From: Bacteroidota bacterium
GTDB taxonomy: Bacteria; Bacteroidota; Ignavibacteria; UBA10030; BY39
DNA: 64,000 nt
NCBI GenBank assembly: GCA_030682385.1
Contig: JAUXOG010000104.1
Coordinates: 24,023-88,022 of the forward strand
Direction of reading: 5' to 3'
Below, one piece after another: positions 1 through 11,256 of this stretch. How positions within the stretch are numbered: the first letter of the stretch is position 1; each line of letters begins with the position of its first letter. Made by a program: the position numbers and the translations under genes. The notes below the pieces were generated by a model. The model made no database searches. It saw only the letters and a list, made by a program, of their open reading frames with translations, and had not been told where the DNA came from.

Positions 1-573
1 GAAGTTTATCCGATAGCCGGCACCCGGAAGAGGGGAAAAAACGAACAAGAGGATAAGCAACTTGAAAATGATTTATTGAACGATGAGAAAGAATTGGCTG
101 AACACATTATGCTTGTAGATTTAGGAAGAAACGATTTAGGCAAAATTTGCAAACCGGGAACTGTTAAAGTGGATGAACTGATGAAGATAGTTAGATACTC
201 TCATGTTATGCACATCGCCTCGCGGGTTTCCGGTATTATCGAAGAGAATAAAACAGCGATTGATGTTTTGAAAGCAGCTTTTCCGGCTGGAACGGTTTCG
301 GGCGCTCCTAAAATCCGGGCTATGGAAATCATCGATGAATTGGAAAACGTTCAGCGTGGAATTTATGCCGGCGGCATCGGATACATCGACCTTTCCGGAA
401 ATTTAGATACTTGCATTGCTATTCGTACAATCTTTGCAAAAGATGACTTCCTGTATTTTCAAAGCGGTGCCGGCATAGTCGCTGATTCAATTCCGGTAAA
501 TGAATATCAAGAAACACTTCACAAATCAGAAGCAATTGTTGAAGCAATTAAATTAGCGAAAGGGTTAAAATGA
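1..573 (+). CDS. trpE: Anthranilate synthase component I, C-terminal part (the gene continues upstream of the window).
   Basis: The frame is open from position 1. The translation contains the PIAGTRKRG and [11 protein letters not shown] TrpE/chorismate-binding motifs. It overlaps trpG in an ATGA arrangement. Confidence 0.85.
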   Translation, partial: EVYPIAGTRKRGKNEQEDKQLENDLLNDEKELAEHIMLVDLGRNDLGKICKPGTVKVDELMKIVRYSHVMHIASRVSGIIEENKTAIDVLKAAFPAGTVSGAPKIRAMEIIDELENVQRGIYAGGIGYIDLSGNLDTCIAIRTIFAKDDFLYFQSGAGIVADSIPVNEYQETLHKSEAIVEAIKLAKGLK

Positions 574-1139
574 TACTCGTAATAGATAACTACGATTCTT
601 TTACTTACAACCTCGTTCAGCTTGTAGCGGCAGTTAATGACGATTACCGTGTTGTTCGCAACGATAAAATTACACTTGACGAAATCAAACAATTAAAGCC
701 AACCCATATTCTTATTTCACCGGGTCCGGGCAGACCTGAAAATGCAGGAATTTGTATTGATGTTATCAAACAATTCGGTGCCGATATTCCGATTTTTGGT
801 GTTTGTCTTGGACATCAGGCAATCGGATTTGCTTTCGGTTGCAAGATTGTTCGCTCACCTGTTTTGATGCACGGAAAAACTTCAATGATTTATCACGATG
901 CAAAGTCTATCTTTCAAAATATTGAAAATCCATTTGAGGCAACACGGTATCATTCGCTGGTAATTGAACGTCAATCCATAACAACCGATTTGGTTATTAC
1001 ATCTGAAACAAAAGAGGGTATAATTATGGGCGTGCGACATACTAAATATCCAATCGAAGGAATTCAATTCCATCCTGAATCAATATTAACAAAAGTTGGT
1101 GAAAAATTAATTAACAACTGGCTGCAAATTAATAAATGA
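570..1139 (+). CDS. trpG: Anthranilate synthase component II (glutamine amidotransferase).
   Basis: [18 protein letters not shown]-terminus, and the GVCLGHQ plus HPES class I GATase catalytic triad. Confidence 0.9.
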   Translation: MILVIDNYDSFTYNLVQLVAAVNDDYRVVRNDKITLDEIKQLKPTHILISPGPGRPENAGICIDVIKQFGADIPIFGVCLGHQAIGFAFGCKIVRSPVLMHGKTSMIYHDAKSIFQNIENPFEATRYHSLVIERQSITTDLVITSETKEGIIMGVRHTKYPIEGIQFHPESILTKVGEKLINNWLQINK

Positions 1140-2155
1140 ATATGAAGGAAATACTTAAAAAAGTTTTAGAGGGACGGGATTTAGATTCCAAGGATGCCTC
1201 CGAAGTAATGAACTCTATAATGACAGGTTCGGCAACTGAATCTCAAATCGGTGCTTTTCTCGCAGCAGAAAAAATAAAAGGCGAGACAGTTGAAGAGCTA
1301 ACAGCTTTCGCGAAAGTTATGCGCGAAAAATCAGTAAAAATAAATTTGGCGGATAAAAATGCAATTGATATGTGCGGAACTGGCGGCGACGGACGAGGAA
1401 CATTTAATATTTCGACCGTAGCTTCATTTGTTGCTGCCGGAGCCGGCGTTACAGTTGCCAAGCACGGAAATAAATCTGTTTCGAGTAGCTGCGGCAGCGC
1501 CGATTTATTGAAAGAACTTGGCGTATATATTTCGATTGAACCTTTCAAAGTCGAAAAATGTATTAACGAAATCGGTATTGGTTTTATGTTCGCACCGATT
1601 TTTCACCCTGCGATGAAGTTAGTCAGTAAACCTCGATCCGAATTAGGAGTTAAAACTTTTTTTAACATTTTGGGCCCGCTAACTAATCCCGCAGAAGTTA
1701 AATACCAGATAATAGGTGCATACAATCTCGACGTTGCCAAAAAAATGATAGAAGTATTGATGCGGTTAGGCACGAAGAAATCTGCCGTCTTACATTCTTC
1801 GGATGGATTAGATGAAATATCCTTGAGCGGCAAAACATTCGTTTTTGAAATTGCTAAAGACGAAGACTTAAAATCGTTTGAAATTCACCCGAAAGATTTT
1901 GGACTTGAACTTTGCGACATTTCCGATTTAGCAGGTGGAACGCCGGAACAGAATGCGAACATGTGTCTTGAAATTCTAAATAATAGAAAAAGCCCGAAGC
2001 GCGATATAGTTTTACTGAATGCTGCTTATGCGATTTACATAAGTGGAAAAGCCGAAACGCCACGCGTTGGATTTCAAATGGCTGTCGATTCACTCGAAAA
2101 CGGAAGTGCTCTAAAAAAATTAAATCAATTAATCGAGTTCACAAAAAGTATATGA
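1136..2155 (+). CDS. trpD: Anthranilate phosphoribosyltransferase.
   Basis: GTGGDGRGTFNISTVASFVAAGAGVTVAKHGN motif. ATGA overlap with the neighbouring genes. Confidence 0.9.
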   Translation: MNMKEILKKVLEGRDLDSKDASEVMNSIMTGSATESQIGAFLAAEKIKGETVEELTAFAKVMREKSVKINLADKNAIDMCGTGGDGRGTFNISTVASFVAAGAGVTVAKHGNKSVSSSCGSADLLKELGVYISIEPFKVEKCINEIGIGFMFAPIFHPAMKLVSKPRSELGVKTFFNILGPLTNPAEVKYQIIGAYNLDVAKKMIEVLMRLGTKKSAVLHSSDGLDEISLSGKTFVFEIAKDEDLKSFEIHPKDFGLELCDISDLAGGTPEQNANMCLEILNNRKSPKRDIVLLNAAYAIYISGKAETPRVGFQMAVDSLENGSALKKLNQLIEFTKSI

Positions 2156-2934
2156 ATGTTTTAGAAAATATTATCTCCGCAAAAATTGAAGAAGTAAAGA
2201 AAAAAAAGAAAGATATCCCCATTGCTTCTCTCGAAGCGATGGAATATTTCAAACGAAATACTGTCTCTCTTTCAGCAGCTTTAAAATATAAAAACGGAAT
2301 CGGGATAATTGCTGAAATAAAAAGGAAATCCCCTTCAGCGGGTATTCTTCGAAAAGAAGTAGATATTAAAAATATGGCTGCTTCGTATCAACAAAACGGG
2401 GCTGCGGCAATTTCAGTTTTAACCGAGGAGAATTATTTTAACGGATCCTTAAATGACCTGAAAGATGCCCGTTCTGTAGTGGATATACCAATTTTACGGA
2501 AAGATTTCATCATAGATGAGTATGAAATTTATGAAGCCAAAGCTTTTGGCGCTGATGCCGTTTTGTTGATTGCCGACCTGCTTTCGAAAGAACAATTACG
2601 CCAACTCTTTTATGCTGCGAAAAGTTTGGGCTTGGAATGTTTAGTTGAAATTCACTCAACCGAATCAGTCGATAAACTCGATTTTAGTTTGATGAAACTG
2701 ATCGGAATTAATAATCGAGACCTAAATACTTTCAGTTGCAACCTCGATACTTTCGGAAAAATAGCTAAATTATTGCCGGAAGATGTTGTATTGGTGAGCG
2801 AGAGTGGAATTAAAAACGTTGATGACTTATTAAGATTACAAAATGATGGCGCCAAGGGGGCGCTCATTGGCGAATATTTCATGAAATCAGAAAATCCCGG
2901 TTCTGCACTTTCAGAATTTATTTCATCAATATGA
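2152..2934 (+). CDS. trpC: Indole-3-glycerol phosphate synthase.
   Basis: IAEIKRKSPS and NNRDL IGPS motifs, and its position in the operon. Confidence 0.85.
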   Translation: MNVLENIISAKIEEVKKKKKDIPIASLEAMEYFKRNTVSLSAALKYKNGIGIIAEIKRKSPSAGILRKEVDIKNMAASYQQNGAAAISVLTEENYFNGSLNDLKDARSVVDIPILRKDFIIDEYEIYEAKAFGADAVLLIADLLSKEQLRQLFYAAKSLGLECLVEIHSTESVDKLDFSLMKLIGINNRDLNTFSCNLDTFGKIAKLLPEDVVLVSESGIKNVDDLLRLQNDGAKGALIGEYFMKSENPGSALSEFISSI

Positions 2935-3563
2935 AGTGCCTCGTAAAAATATGTGGTATCACAAATTTAAAGGATGCTGTAGCTTCCATCGAATCGGGTG
3001 CAGATGCGATTGGATTTATTTTTTACAAAAAAAGTAAACGCTACGTATCACCTTCAATCGTCGCAGATATTATTAAAAATATTCCTTCCAATATTTTTAA
3101 GGTCGGTGTTTTTGTGAACGAGGCGGCATCGAACATCAATACAATTGTTGAACAGACAGGTATCAATATTGTCCAACTTCACGGCGACGAAAAACCGGAA
3201 GATTGTTCTCAATACAAATTATGTGTTTGGAAAGGTGTTCGCCTGAAAGACGAAACCGAAATTGAACAATTAAATTTATTCACTCAGTTTTCGGTCTGTG
3301 CGTTTGTGTTTGATTCACATTTCAACGGAGAGTATGGTGGAACTGGTGTTTTAAGCGATTGGGATTTAGCCAGACTTGCCGCCAATAATCATAGAATTAT
3401 ACTTGCGGGTGGTCTTACTCCCGATAACATTCAAGCGGCAGTGAATAAAGTTCAACCATACGGAGTAGATGTTAATAGCGGAGTTGAAGCTTCGCCCGGT
3501 AAAAAAGATTTGTTTAAAATAAAAACTTTTATAAATGCAGTTAGGAGTAAAGAATTATGTTAG
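2931..3563 (+). CDS. trpF: Phosphoribosylanthranilate isomerase.
   Basis: VKICGIT N-terminus, and PRAI-like length and operon position. Confidence 0.8.
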   Translation: MKCLVKICGITNLKDAVASIESGADAIGFIFYKKSKRYVSPSIVADIIKNIPSNIFKVGVFVNEAASNINTIVEQTGINIVQLHGDEKPEDCSQYKLCVWKGVRLKDETEIEQLNLFTQFSVCAFVFDSHFNGEYGGTGVLSDWDLARLAANNHRIILAGGLTPDNIQAAVNKVQPYGVDVNSGVEASPGKKDLFKIKTFINAVRSKELC

Positions 3564-4585
3564 TAGTAATGAAAATTGATGCATCAAAATCTGAAATAGA
3601 TGCAGTAAAAACAAAGATTGAATCGCTCGGATATTCGGCTCACGAAATTCCGGGGGCTGAGCGTGTTGCAATAGGTATCACCGGCAATAAGGGAAAACTC
3701 GATAAAAATCTTTTTATGGGAATGCCGGGAGTTATCGATGCAATTTCGGTTTCCAAGCCATACAAACTTGTAAGCAGAGAAGTAAAACCTGATAATACTG
3801 AAATCCGTTTGGGCGATGAAATTATTGGCGGGAAAGAATTAACCATAATCGCCGGACCTTGCTCGGTTGAAAGCCGTGAACAGATTTTAGAAATGGCTGA
3901 GATGCTGACGTCGGTTGGTGTAAAGTTTTTACGCGGCGGCGCCTACAAGCCACGAACTTCGCCCTATGCGTTTCAAGGATTAAAAAAAGAAGCATTAACT
4001 TACTTGAGTGAAGTTCGCCGGAAAACAGGAATGAAAATAGTAACGGAAGTAAAAGACGTTGCAACGCTTCCTTATGTAGCCGAGGTAGCCGATGTTCTTC
4101 AAATTGGTGCGCGCAATATGCAAAATTTTTCGTTGTTAGAAGCTGTTGGCAGCCTGAAACATCCGGTTCTTTTAAAGCGGGGAATTTCTTCAACCATCGA
4201 AGAATTTTTGATGGCAGCCGAATATATTGTTAATCAAGGAAATTATAATGTGATTTTGTGTGAAAGAGGAATCAGAACGTTTGAAACAGCAACACGTTTT
4301 ACACTCGACTTAAATGCAGTTCCGGTTGTAAAGCATCTTTCGCACCTTCCAATTATAGTCGATCCAAGCCACGGTATCGGTTTGTGGGACGGAGTTTCTT
4401 CGATGTCGATGGCGAGTATTGCAGCGGGCGCCGACGGCTTGATAATCGAAGTTCATAAAAATCCGGAGACCGCACTGTCCGACGGTTATCAATCGCTCAA
4501 ACCTGAAAAGTTCAAAGTGTTAATAAATAAACTAAAACAAATTGCTGAAGTAATGGACCGGTCACTATCATTAACCAAAAATTAG
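3557..4585 (+). CDS. aroF: 3-deoxy-7-phosphoheptulonate (DAHP) synthase, type I-beta, with an N-terminal ferredoxin-like regulatory domain.
   Basis: IAGPCSVES...[28 protein letters not shown]8PS-family core. This is preceded by a roughly 90 aa extra domain. Confidence 0.8.
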   Translation: MLVVMKIDASKSEIDAVKTKIESLGYSAHEIPGAERVAIGITGNKGKLDKNLFMGMPGVIDAISVSKPYKLVSREVKPDNTEIRLGDEIIGGKELTIIAGPCSVESREQILEMAEMLTSVGVKFLRGGAYKPRTSPYAFQGLKKEALTYLSEVRRKTGMKIVTEVKDVATLPYVAEVADVLQIGARNMQNFSLLEAVGSLKHPVLLKRGISSTIEEFLMAAEYIVNQGNYNVILCERGIRTFETATRFTLDLNAVPVVKHLSHLPIIVDPSHGIGLWDGVSSMSMASIAAGADGLIIEVHKNPETALSDGYQSLKPEKFKVLINKLKQIAEVMDRSLSLTKN

Positions 4586-4587
4586 TT

Positions 4588-5796
4588 ATGACGAATACAA
4601 AATATAATTACCCGGACAACCGCGGATACTTTGGTGAGTTTGGCGGCAAATTTGTACCCGAGACTTTAATTTACGCACTCGAAGAATTGGAAGCCAAATA
4701 TCTTGAATTAAAAAATGATCCGGCATTTCAAAAAATGTTTTATCAATTATTAAAGCATTTTGCAGGCAGGCCTACCCCGCTTTATTTTGCAGAACGCCTG
4801 ACTGAAAAATATCAAGGTGCAAAAATTTATTTAAAGCGTGAAGATTTGTGTCATACGGGGGCGCATAAAATTAATAACGCAATCGGGCAAATCTTACTTG
4901 CAAAACAATTAGGAAAAAACCGGATCATTGCTGAAACAGGTGCAGGTCAGCACGGCGTAGCTACAGCAACAGTCGCGGCGAAATTGGGTTTAGAATGTAT
5001 TGTGTATATGGGCGCCGAGGATATTATTCGTCAGAAAAGTAATGTGGGGCGGATGAAATTGTTAGCTGCTGAAGTTCGCTCGGTGGAATCCGGTACAAAA
5101 ACTTTGAAGGATGCAGCAAACGAAGCAATCCGCGATTGGGTTACAAATATTCGCAACACACATTATATTATCGGTTCAGTAATCGGTCCGCATCCGTATC
5201 CTATGATTGTGCGTGATTTTCAAAGTGTGATTGGCATCGAAGCGAAATCTCAAATTCTTGAAATCGAAAACCGTCTTCCGGATTATTTGCTTGCAAGTGT
5301 CGGCGGCGGCAGTAACTCAATAGGTTTGTTTTTTAATTTTTTGGAAGATGATGTAAAGATGATAGGTCTTGAAGCCGGTGGTGAAGGAATTTTTACGGAT
5401 AAACACGCAGCTACTTTGTCGAAAGGTTCACCCGGTGTTTTGCACGGTAATCTAAGTTATTTGTTGCAGGATGCGAACGGACAAATTTTACCAACGCATT
5501 CTATTTCAGCGGGGTTGGATTATCCGGGAGTTGGACCTGAACATAGTTATTTAAAAGCAACAGGTCGTGTTCAGTATTTTGCGGTTTCAGATGTCGAAGC
5601 TGTTGAAGCTGCAATCGAACTGACTCAAACCGAAGGTATCATCCCGGCTCTTGAATCGGCGCACGCTCTCGCTTATTTGAAAACACTGCTGCCTTCTACT
5701 TCGAAAAATGAAATCGTTATTTTGAATTTGTCGGGCAGAGGTGATAAAGATATGGATACGATATTAAAATATTTTGAAGAACGGAGGACACGATGA
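4588..5796 (+). CDS. trpB: Tryptophan synthase beta chain.
   Basis: HTGAHKINN and GGGSNS(A)IG PLP-enzyme motifs. Confidence 0.9.
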   Translation: MTNTKYNYPDNRGYFGEFGGKFVPETLIYALEELEAKYLELKNDPAFQKMFYQLLKHFAGRPTPLYFAERLTEKYQGAKIYLKREDLCHTGAHKINNAIGQILLAKQLGKNRIIAETGAGQHGVATATVAAKLGLECIVYMGAEDIIRQKSNVGRMKLLAAEVRSVESGTKTLKDAANEAIRDWVTNIRNTHYIIGSVIGPHPYPMIVRDFQSVIGIEAKSQILEIENRLPDYLLASVGGGSNSIGLFFNFLEDDVKMIGLEAGGEGIFTDKHAATLSKGSPGVLHGNLSYLLQDANGQILPTHSISAGLDYPGVGPEHSYLKATGRVQYFAVSDVEAVEAAIELTQTEGIIPALESAHALAYLKTLLPSTSKNEIVILNLSGRGDKDMDTILKYFEERRTR

Positions 5797-6623
5797 ATCG
5801 ACTCCTTCAGAAAATGTCTGAACTCATTAAAAATAAAAGAAAAGCGTTAGCAATGTTCGTTACGGCGGGTTATCCAACTATAAAATTAACGCCACAAATA
5901 GTTTTCGAACTTGAAAAAGCTGGCGCCGATATCATCGAATTGGGAATTCCGTTTTCCGACCCGATAGCCGATGGTCCGGTAATTCAGATTGCCTCTCAAG
6001 TTGCGTTAAATAATGGAGTTACAATAACCAAAATTTGGGAAATTGTTCGCGATATCCGTTTATCCAGTAACATTCCAATTGTTCTTATGGGTTATTACAA
6101 TCCGATTTACTGTTATGGAGTTGAAAAATTTCTCGACGCTGCTGCCAATGCGGGGGTGGATGGATTAGTTGTAGCAGACCTCCCTTTGGAAGAAGCTGAT
6201 AATTTTCGTAGATCCGCGGTGGCAAAAAATATATCTCAGATATTTTTAGCAGCACCTACAACATCCGACAAAAGATTAGTCGAGTTGGATAATGCAACTT
6301 CAGGATTTCTTTATTGTGTTTCGACTACAGGAACTACAGGAATTAGAAATAATGTGCCGGCAGAAGCGGTGGAATATTTATTGAGATGCAAACAGTTGGT
6401 AAAGAAAAATCCCATACTTGTTGGTTTCGGAATATCTTCGAGTGCAGATGTTAGAAATATTTCGAGATACGCCGACGGTGTTATCGTCGGCAGTGCATTA
6501 ATTGATTTGATTAGAAAAAATTATTTCGAAATTCCAAAAAATAATTTGTTGCAGGAAGTTTATAATTTTGTGAGTGAATTAAGAATAAGTTTAAACAATG
6601 GTGCAAACAATGAAGCCGGATAA
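5793..6623 (+). CDS. trpA: Tryptophan synthase alpha chain.
   Basis: [17 protein letters not shown] TrpA motif. ATGA overlap with trpB. Confidence 0.9.
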   Translation: MNRLLQKMSELIKNKRKALAMFVTAGYPTIKLTPQIVFELEKAGADIIELGIPFSDPIADGPVIQIASQVALNNGVTITKIWEIVRDIRLSSNIPIVLMGYYNPIYCYGVEKFLDAAANAGVDGLVVADLPLEEADNFRRSAVAKNISQIFLAAPTTSDKRLVELDNATSGFLYCVSTTGTTGIRNNVPAEAVEYLLRCKQLVKKNPILVGFGISSSADVRNISRYADGVIVGSALIDLIRKNYFEIPKNNLLQEVYNFVSELRISLNNGANNEAG

Positions 6624-6906
6624 GAAGAGAACAACAGCTATCAACCAATTGAAATCTATGCGAAAACTTGTCGATCGTATAGATAGTGAACTTGTAAATT
6701 TAATTGCCGTACGTCAGCACTTAGCTGAAGCAATTGGAAAGATTAAAAAACAAAATAATCTTTCGATTACAAATCCGGAGCGAGAACAGATTATACTTGA
6801 GAGGACATCGTCAATTGCTCGCAGAAAAATGTTGGATGATAAATTTGTAAGAAAGATTTTCCAGTTAATTATAAAACAATCACGAATAATTCAGAGAAAA
6901 GCATGA
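6598..6906 (+). CDS. Chorismate mutase (AroQ class). The true start may be the ATG at 6610.
   Basis: RIDxELVNLIAVRQHLAEAIGKIKK AroQ signature. It overlaps the end of trpA and is followed by tyrA. Confidence 0.7.
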   Translation: MVQTMKPDKKRTTAINQLKSMRKLVDRIDSELVNLIAVRQHLAEAIGKIKKQNNLSITNPEREQIILERTSSIARRKMLDDKFVRKIFQLIIKQSRIIQRKA

Positions 6907-7610
6907 CAATCGGAATAATCGGGTTAGGCAGGTTTGGCAAATTAGCGGCAGAGTATTTATCTAAATATTTTACAGTTGCTGCATACGATATTAAAAAAGT
7001 TGCATTCCCCAAAAATGTAACTCGTGTTAGTTTAAAGGAAGCCGCATCTCAGTCTGTGGTTGTATTAGCAGTTCCGATTCGCAAAATGGAATCAACTCTG
7101 AAACGAATCGCGCCTTACATCAACGATGGTGCATTGGTTTGCGATGTATGTTCAGTAAAGGAAAAACCTGTTGAATGGATGAAAAAGTATTTGCCAAAAA
7201 ATACAATGATATTGGGGACGCATCCTATGTTCGGACCGGATACTGTTTTAGATGGTCTGAAAGGAAACAGTATAGTTTTGTCTTCTGTTCGTATCAAATC
7301 GAAAATTCTTGATGACATTAAAAGAGAATTAAAAAAGTTGGAACTCATAATTTATGAAAAGACCCCAACTCAGCATGATAGGCTTATGGCGGAAACACAA
7401 GCTCTAATTCATTTTATTTCAAGGGGTTATCAGTGGAGGAAAACTCAAAGCCAGGCAACAAGAAGTTATATCCAGCTTTTGGAAACATTCAACAATTTAC
7501 TAAACGATTCAAAAGAATTATTTGAGGATATCAATAGATATAACAGGTTTGCTCGTCCGGTCCGGCAGAAATTTATTAACAGTCTTTCACAGCTTGATAA
7601 AAAAATCTGA
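6903..7610 (+). CDS. tyrA: Prephenate dehydrogenase.
   Basis: MTIGIIGLGRFGK Rossmann N-terminus and the PDH family pattern. ATGA overlap with the chorismate mutase. Confidence 0.75.
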   Translation: MTIGIIGLGRFGKLAAEYLSKYFTVAAYDIKKVAFPKNVTRVSLKEAASQSVVVLAVPIRKMESTLKRIAPYINDGALVCDVCSVKEKPVEWMKKYLPKNTMILGTHPMFGPDTVLDGLKGNSIVLSSVRIKSKILDDIKRELKKLELIIYEKTPTQHDRLMAETQALIHFISRGYQWRKTQSQATRSYIQLLETFNNLLNDSKELFEDINRYNRFARPVRQKFINSLSQLDKKI

Positions 7611-7611
7611 T

Positions 7612-7645
7612 GGTTTGGGAGGGTAAAATTTTCGGATATTTTACC
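7612..7645 (+). terminator. Weak AT-rich hairpin downstream of tyrA (ggtaaaat / attttacc stems).
   Basis: An 8 bp inverted repeat with an 8 nt loop, followed by a T-rich tract at the end of the 10-gene operon. Confidence 0.3.
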
Positions 7646-7689
7646 GATTTTACTTATATTTAATCAGTTTTAAACATCTTGTTGCAAAT

Positions 7690-8343
7690 TTGTATCTAAA
7701 ATCTATAAATAAAAGTCTTGAAACTTTATCAAACGCCGACCTGAAGCGTAAGTATTCAAAGTTGAAATCAAAAATTCAACAGCGATTGGATGATTTCCTC
7801 AAAATAAAACAGTCGGATTACTTTTACGAGCTGGTTTATTGTTTGCTCACACCACAATCGAGTGCCCGAAATGCTGATAAAGTTGTAAAACTTTTACAGT
7901 CAAATAAATTTCATAAACAAGAAATCAATCCGCAGCCAATTTTATCTCACAAAGAATCTTACATCCGCTTTCATAATAATAAATCGAAGTATCTGCTTGA
8001 GTTTAAAAAGCAATATCCTTTAATCGAACTTCAATTACGGAATGGGAATTCATCCATCGATCTTCGTGAATGGCTTGTAACGAATGTGAAAGGACTTGGT
8101 TACAAGGAGGCATCTCACTTTTTACGGAACATCGGGCATCGTAATCTTGCGATACTCGACCGCCATATCTTGAAAAATTTAGTGCGGGTTGGAGTTCTTA
8201 ATGATTTACCAAAATCATTATCGAAAAATAATTATTTAAATATAGAAGAACAGTTTAAAAAGTTTTCAAAAAAAATTAACATACCTATGGATGAATTAGA
8301 TTTACTTTTCTGGAGTATGGAAACAGGAGAAATACTAAAATGA
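7690..8343 (+). CDS. N-glycosylase/DNA lyase (archaeal-type 8-oxoguanine DNA glycosylase, Ogg2-like). TTG start as given in the ORF track.
   Basis: CLLTPQSSARNA...HFLRNIGHRNLAILDRHIL motifs typical of the Ogg2 HhH-GPD family. Confidence 0.6.
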   Translation: MYLKSINKSLETLSNADLKRKYSKLKSKIQQRLDDFLKIKQSDYFYELVYCLLTPQSSARNADKVVKLLQSNKFHKQEINPQPILSHKESYIRFHNNKSKYLLEFKKQYPLIELQLRNGNSSIDLREWLVTNVKGLGYKEASHFLRNIGHRNLAILDRHILKNLVRVGVLNDLPKSLSKNNYLNIEEQFKKFSKKINIPMDELDLLFWSMETGEILK

Positions 8344-9494
8344 AGGCAGTTGTAATAGGTGCTGGGATGATGGGAAGCGCCCTTGCTTACGACATTGCAC
8401 AGGCAAGCGACATCGAAGAAGTGTTGTTGGCAGATATTAATTTTGAACGTGCGTCGAATGCTGCCAAAAATATTAATAGCAAAGTCAAGCCGGTAAAAAT
8501 TGATGCAAATTCTTATGAAGATATTGTTGGATTGATGACCGGGGCTGATGCAGTAATCAGCGCGGCGTCGTACTCGCTGAATTATATTTTGACAACTGCC
8601 GCAATTGAAGCGGGAGTTCACTTCCTTGACCTCGGCGGTAATAACGATGTAGTAAAAAAACAGCTCCTACTTAACAGGCAGGCACGCGAAGCTCAGGTTT
8701 GTGTGCTGCCGAATTGCGGCTTGGCTCCCGGACTTGTAAATATTTTGGCGATTGAGGGGGCGAAGAAGTTCGATACTGTTGACCAAATCAATCTGCGTGT
8801 TGGCGGTTTGCCGCAGCATCCGCAGCCGCCTTTGAATTATCAGCTCGTTTTTTCTGCCGAAGGGCTGCTAAATGAGTACACCGAACCGGCTGAAGTTATA
8901 AGAAATGGCAACATCATATTTATAAATTCTTTGGACGATGTGGAGGAAATAATTTTTCCGCAACCTTTTGGTGCGCTGGAAGCTTTTAATACTTCTGGCG
9001 GAATATCAACTTTGTGCGATTACTTTCGTGGAAAAGTCCGTGAACTCGATTATAAAACAATCCGCTATAAAGGACATTGCAGTAAGTTTAAGTTATTAAT
9101 CGATTTAGGATTTGCCGGCTCCGAAGCGTTGATGTTCGGAAATACAGTTAAAACAGCCCGCGAGTTGTTCATCGAATTGCTTACTAAAAAATTGGATTAC
9201 AAAGATGAAGATTGTATCTTGTTGCGTGCAACTATTAAAGGGCATATTAACGGGGAAAAAAAATCGCTCGTGTATGAGATGATAGATTACTTTGATAAGC
9301 AGACCCGTATCTCGGCAATGATGCGGACGACTTCGTTCCCGACTTCAATCATCGCACTGATGCTGATGCGTGGCGAAATAAATGCTCGCGGTGTGATGCC
9401 GCCCGAAGAATGTGTCCCTGCGGATAAACTTTTAGAAGAATTAAAAATGCGAAACATTAATATAACTCAATCGTTTGTTGAAGCTGAATTATGA
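8340..9494 (+). CDS. Saccharopine-dehydrogenase-family NAD(P) oxidoreductase (possibly a lysine or carboxynorspermidine dehydrogenase).
   Basis: MKAVVIGAGMMGSALAYDI Rossmann motif and Sacchrp_dh-like length. Confidence 0.55.
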   Translation: MKAVVIGAGMMGSALAYDIAQASDIEEVLLADINFERASNAAKNINSKVKPVKIDANSYEDIVGLMTGADAVISAASYSLNYILTTAAIEAGVHFLDLGGNNDVVKKQLLLNRQAREAQVCVLPNCGLAPGLVNILAIEGAKKFDTVDQINLRVGGLPQHPQPPLNYQLVFSAEGLLNEYTEPAEVIRNGNIIFINSLDDVEEIIFPQPFGALEAFNTSGGISTLCDYFRGKVRELDYKTIRYKGHCSKFKLLIDLGFAGSEALMFGNTVKTARELFIELLTKKLDYKDEDCILLRATIKGHINGEKKSLVYEMIDYFDKQTRISAMMRTTSFPTSIIALMLMRGEINARGVMPPEECVPADKLLEELKMRNINITQSFVEAEL

Positions 9495-9648
9495 AAAAAC
9501 CTTTATCTGTAATTATAATAACAAAAGAGACGAAATCGGAAAAAGAAATCCACCACCGTTACGATTCCGTAACATCATATCCGCGACTTGAAATTATGAA
9601 GATATTGTTCAAGTCGTTATTTAAGATAGGCACAAAAGAAAAGTAACT

Positions 9649-11256
9649 TTGCGAATGTCCATTAAAAATATAATATATCTTTTTACTATACTTATTTTTC
9701 TGAGCCTGAAAGCATTCGGACAGTACTCGACTCAGATAGAATTTTCTCAATCGCCATCCTCGAATACGGTTGTCGGAAGTTTTGTTCGAAATGATGTCCT
9801 CTATGTGTCGTTAAACGATTTGGCTTATGTCTTAAATTTGAAAACATACGTAAACAACGAAGCCAAGAAGATCGAAGTTAAAACCAAATCGTATAAAATA
9901 ATATTGAGTGCAGAAAATTCTTATGTCGTAATAACCGATACAAACGAGAAAGTCAGCGTTCTTCAACTCCAACAAAGAATATATTTTGCAGCCAATTCGT
10001 TTTTTATTCCTATCAAAAGCTTCTTCCAAATTTTCAATAAGTTTTTGGACGAAGAGATTACATTCGATATGAAGCGAAAAACGATTGTAGTCGGGAAACC
10101 AATCGTATCGCCGAAACATGATATTGTGAATATATCCTACGAACCAAAAGCTAACGGAACATTAATTCGTTTACATTCGAGGATAAATTTAACTGATTAC
10201 GATAGCTGGATAAAGTACGAACAAAACGATACCGAAAAGAAACACGGCTGGTTATACATTACTGTTGCCAATGCGAAAGTAAATCTTGATGCTCTGAAAA
10301 AAGTTAAACCATCGGGCATTATTAAAGAACTGCTGATGTTCCCGTCGCCGACCTCAGTTCAATTTACATTTAAGTTAAACGGTGCAGTATCGAATACAGA
10401 AATTATTAAAGCCGACGACAACAACGATTTACTGATTACAATCTATACACCTACCGAGCAACAGTTAGCCGAAAAAAAAGAAAGGCATTACGAAAAAAGT
10501 TTACAGCAACAGCGCGACCGTTGGAAGTTAGATGTTGTCGTAATTGATCCGGGACACGGAGGTAAAGACCCGGGAGCAATCGGCGTTACCAGAACTAAAG
10601 AAAAAGATGTTACATTGGCTGTTGCTTTAAAATTAGGAAAGCTTTTGGAAAAAAATATGCCCGATGTGAAAGTAGTTTATACAAGAAAATCGGATGAGTT
10701 TGTAGAGCTTTACAAGCGCGGGCAAATTGCAAATCAGGTGAACGGGAAGCTATTTATTAGTTTGCATTGCAACGCGGCGGCGCGCAAGCTGCATACTGTA
10801 AAAGGTTTTGAAGTATATTTACTGCGTAAGGGAAAAACAGAGCACGCACTTAAAATTGCTGAACGGGAAAATGCGGTTATTCAATACGAAGAAGGTTACG
10901 AAAACCGGTATCAGGAATTAACAGAAGAAAACTTTATTCTGTTGACGATGGCACAAAGCGCCTACCTAAAATACAGCGAACGATTTGCCGAAATTTCTAC
11001 GCAACAAGTAGCTCGATATACTAATTTAGAAATTCAAGGTGTAAAGCAGGCAGGTTTTTTTGTTCTCGTTGGCGCATCTATGCCGAATGTGCTGGTCGAA
11101 ATGGGTTATCTTTCAAATCGGAGCGATGAAAAATTATTGAAGTCATCCGTTGGACAGAACAAAATTGCCACAGCTCTTTTTAATGCAATCCAAATTTACA
11201 AGAATGAATACGAACAATCGTTGGATGAAGGTAAAACGATGGGGGCGAAGGAGTGA
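9649..11256 (+). CDS. N-acetylmuramoyl-L-alanine amidase (Amidase_3, AmiC-like) with a signal peptide. The ATG at 9655 is the likely start.
   Basis: VVIDPGHGGKDPGAIG...SLHCNA amidase_3 motifs, and a hydrophobic N-terminus. Confidence 0.85.
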   Translation: MRMSIKNIIYLFTILIFLSLKAFGQYSTQIEFSQSPSSNTVVGSFVRNDVLYVSLNDLAYVLNLKTYVNNEAKKIEVKTKSYKIILSAENSYVVITDTNEKVSVLQLQQRIYFAANSFFIPIKSFFQIFNKFLDEEITFDMKRKTIVVGKPIVSPKHDIVNISYEPKANGTLIRLHSRINLTDYDSWIKYEQNDTEKKHGWLYITVANAKVNLDALKKVKPSGIIKELLMFPSPTSVQFTFKLNGAVSNTEIIKADDNNDLLITIYTPTEQQLAEKKERHYEKSLQQQRDRWKLDVVVIDPGHGGKDPGAIGVTRTKEKDVTLAVALKLGKLLEKNMPDVKVVYTRKSDEFVELYKRGQIANQVNGKLFISLHCNAAARKLHTVKGFEVYLLRKGKTEHALKIAERENAVIQYEEGYENRYQELTEENFILLTMAQSAYLKYSERFAEISTQQVARYTNLEIQGVKQAGFFVLVGASMPNVLVEMGYLSNRSDEKLLKSSVGQNKIATALFNAIQIYKNEYEQSLDEGKTMGAKE

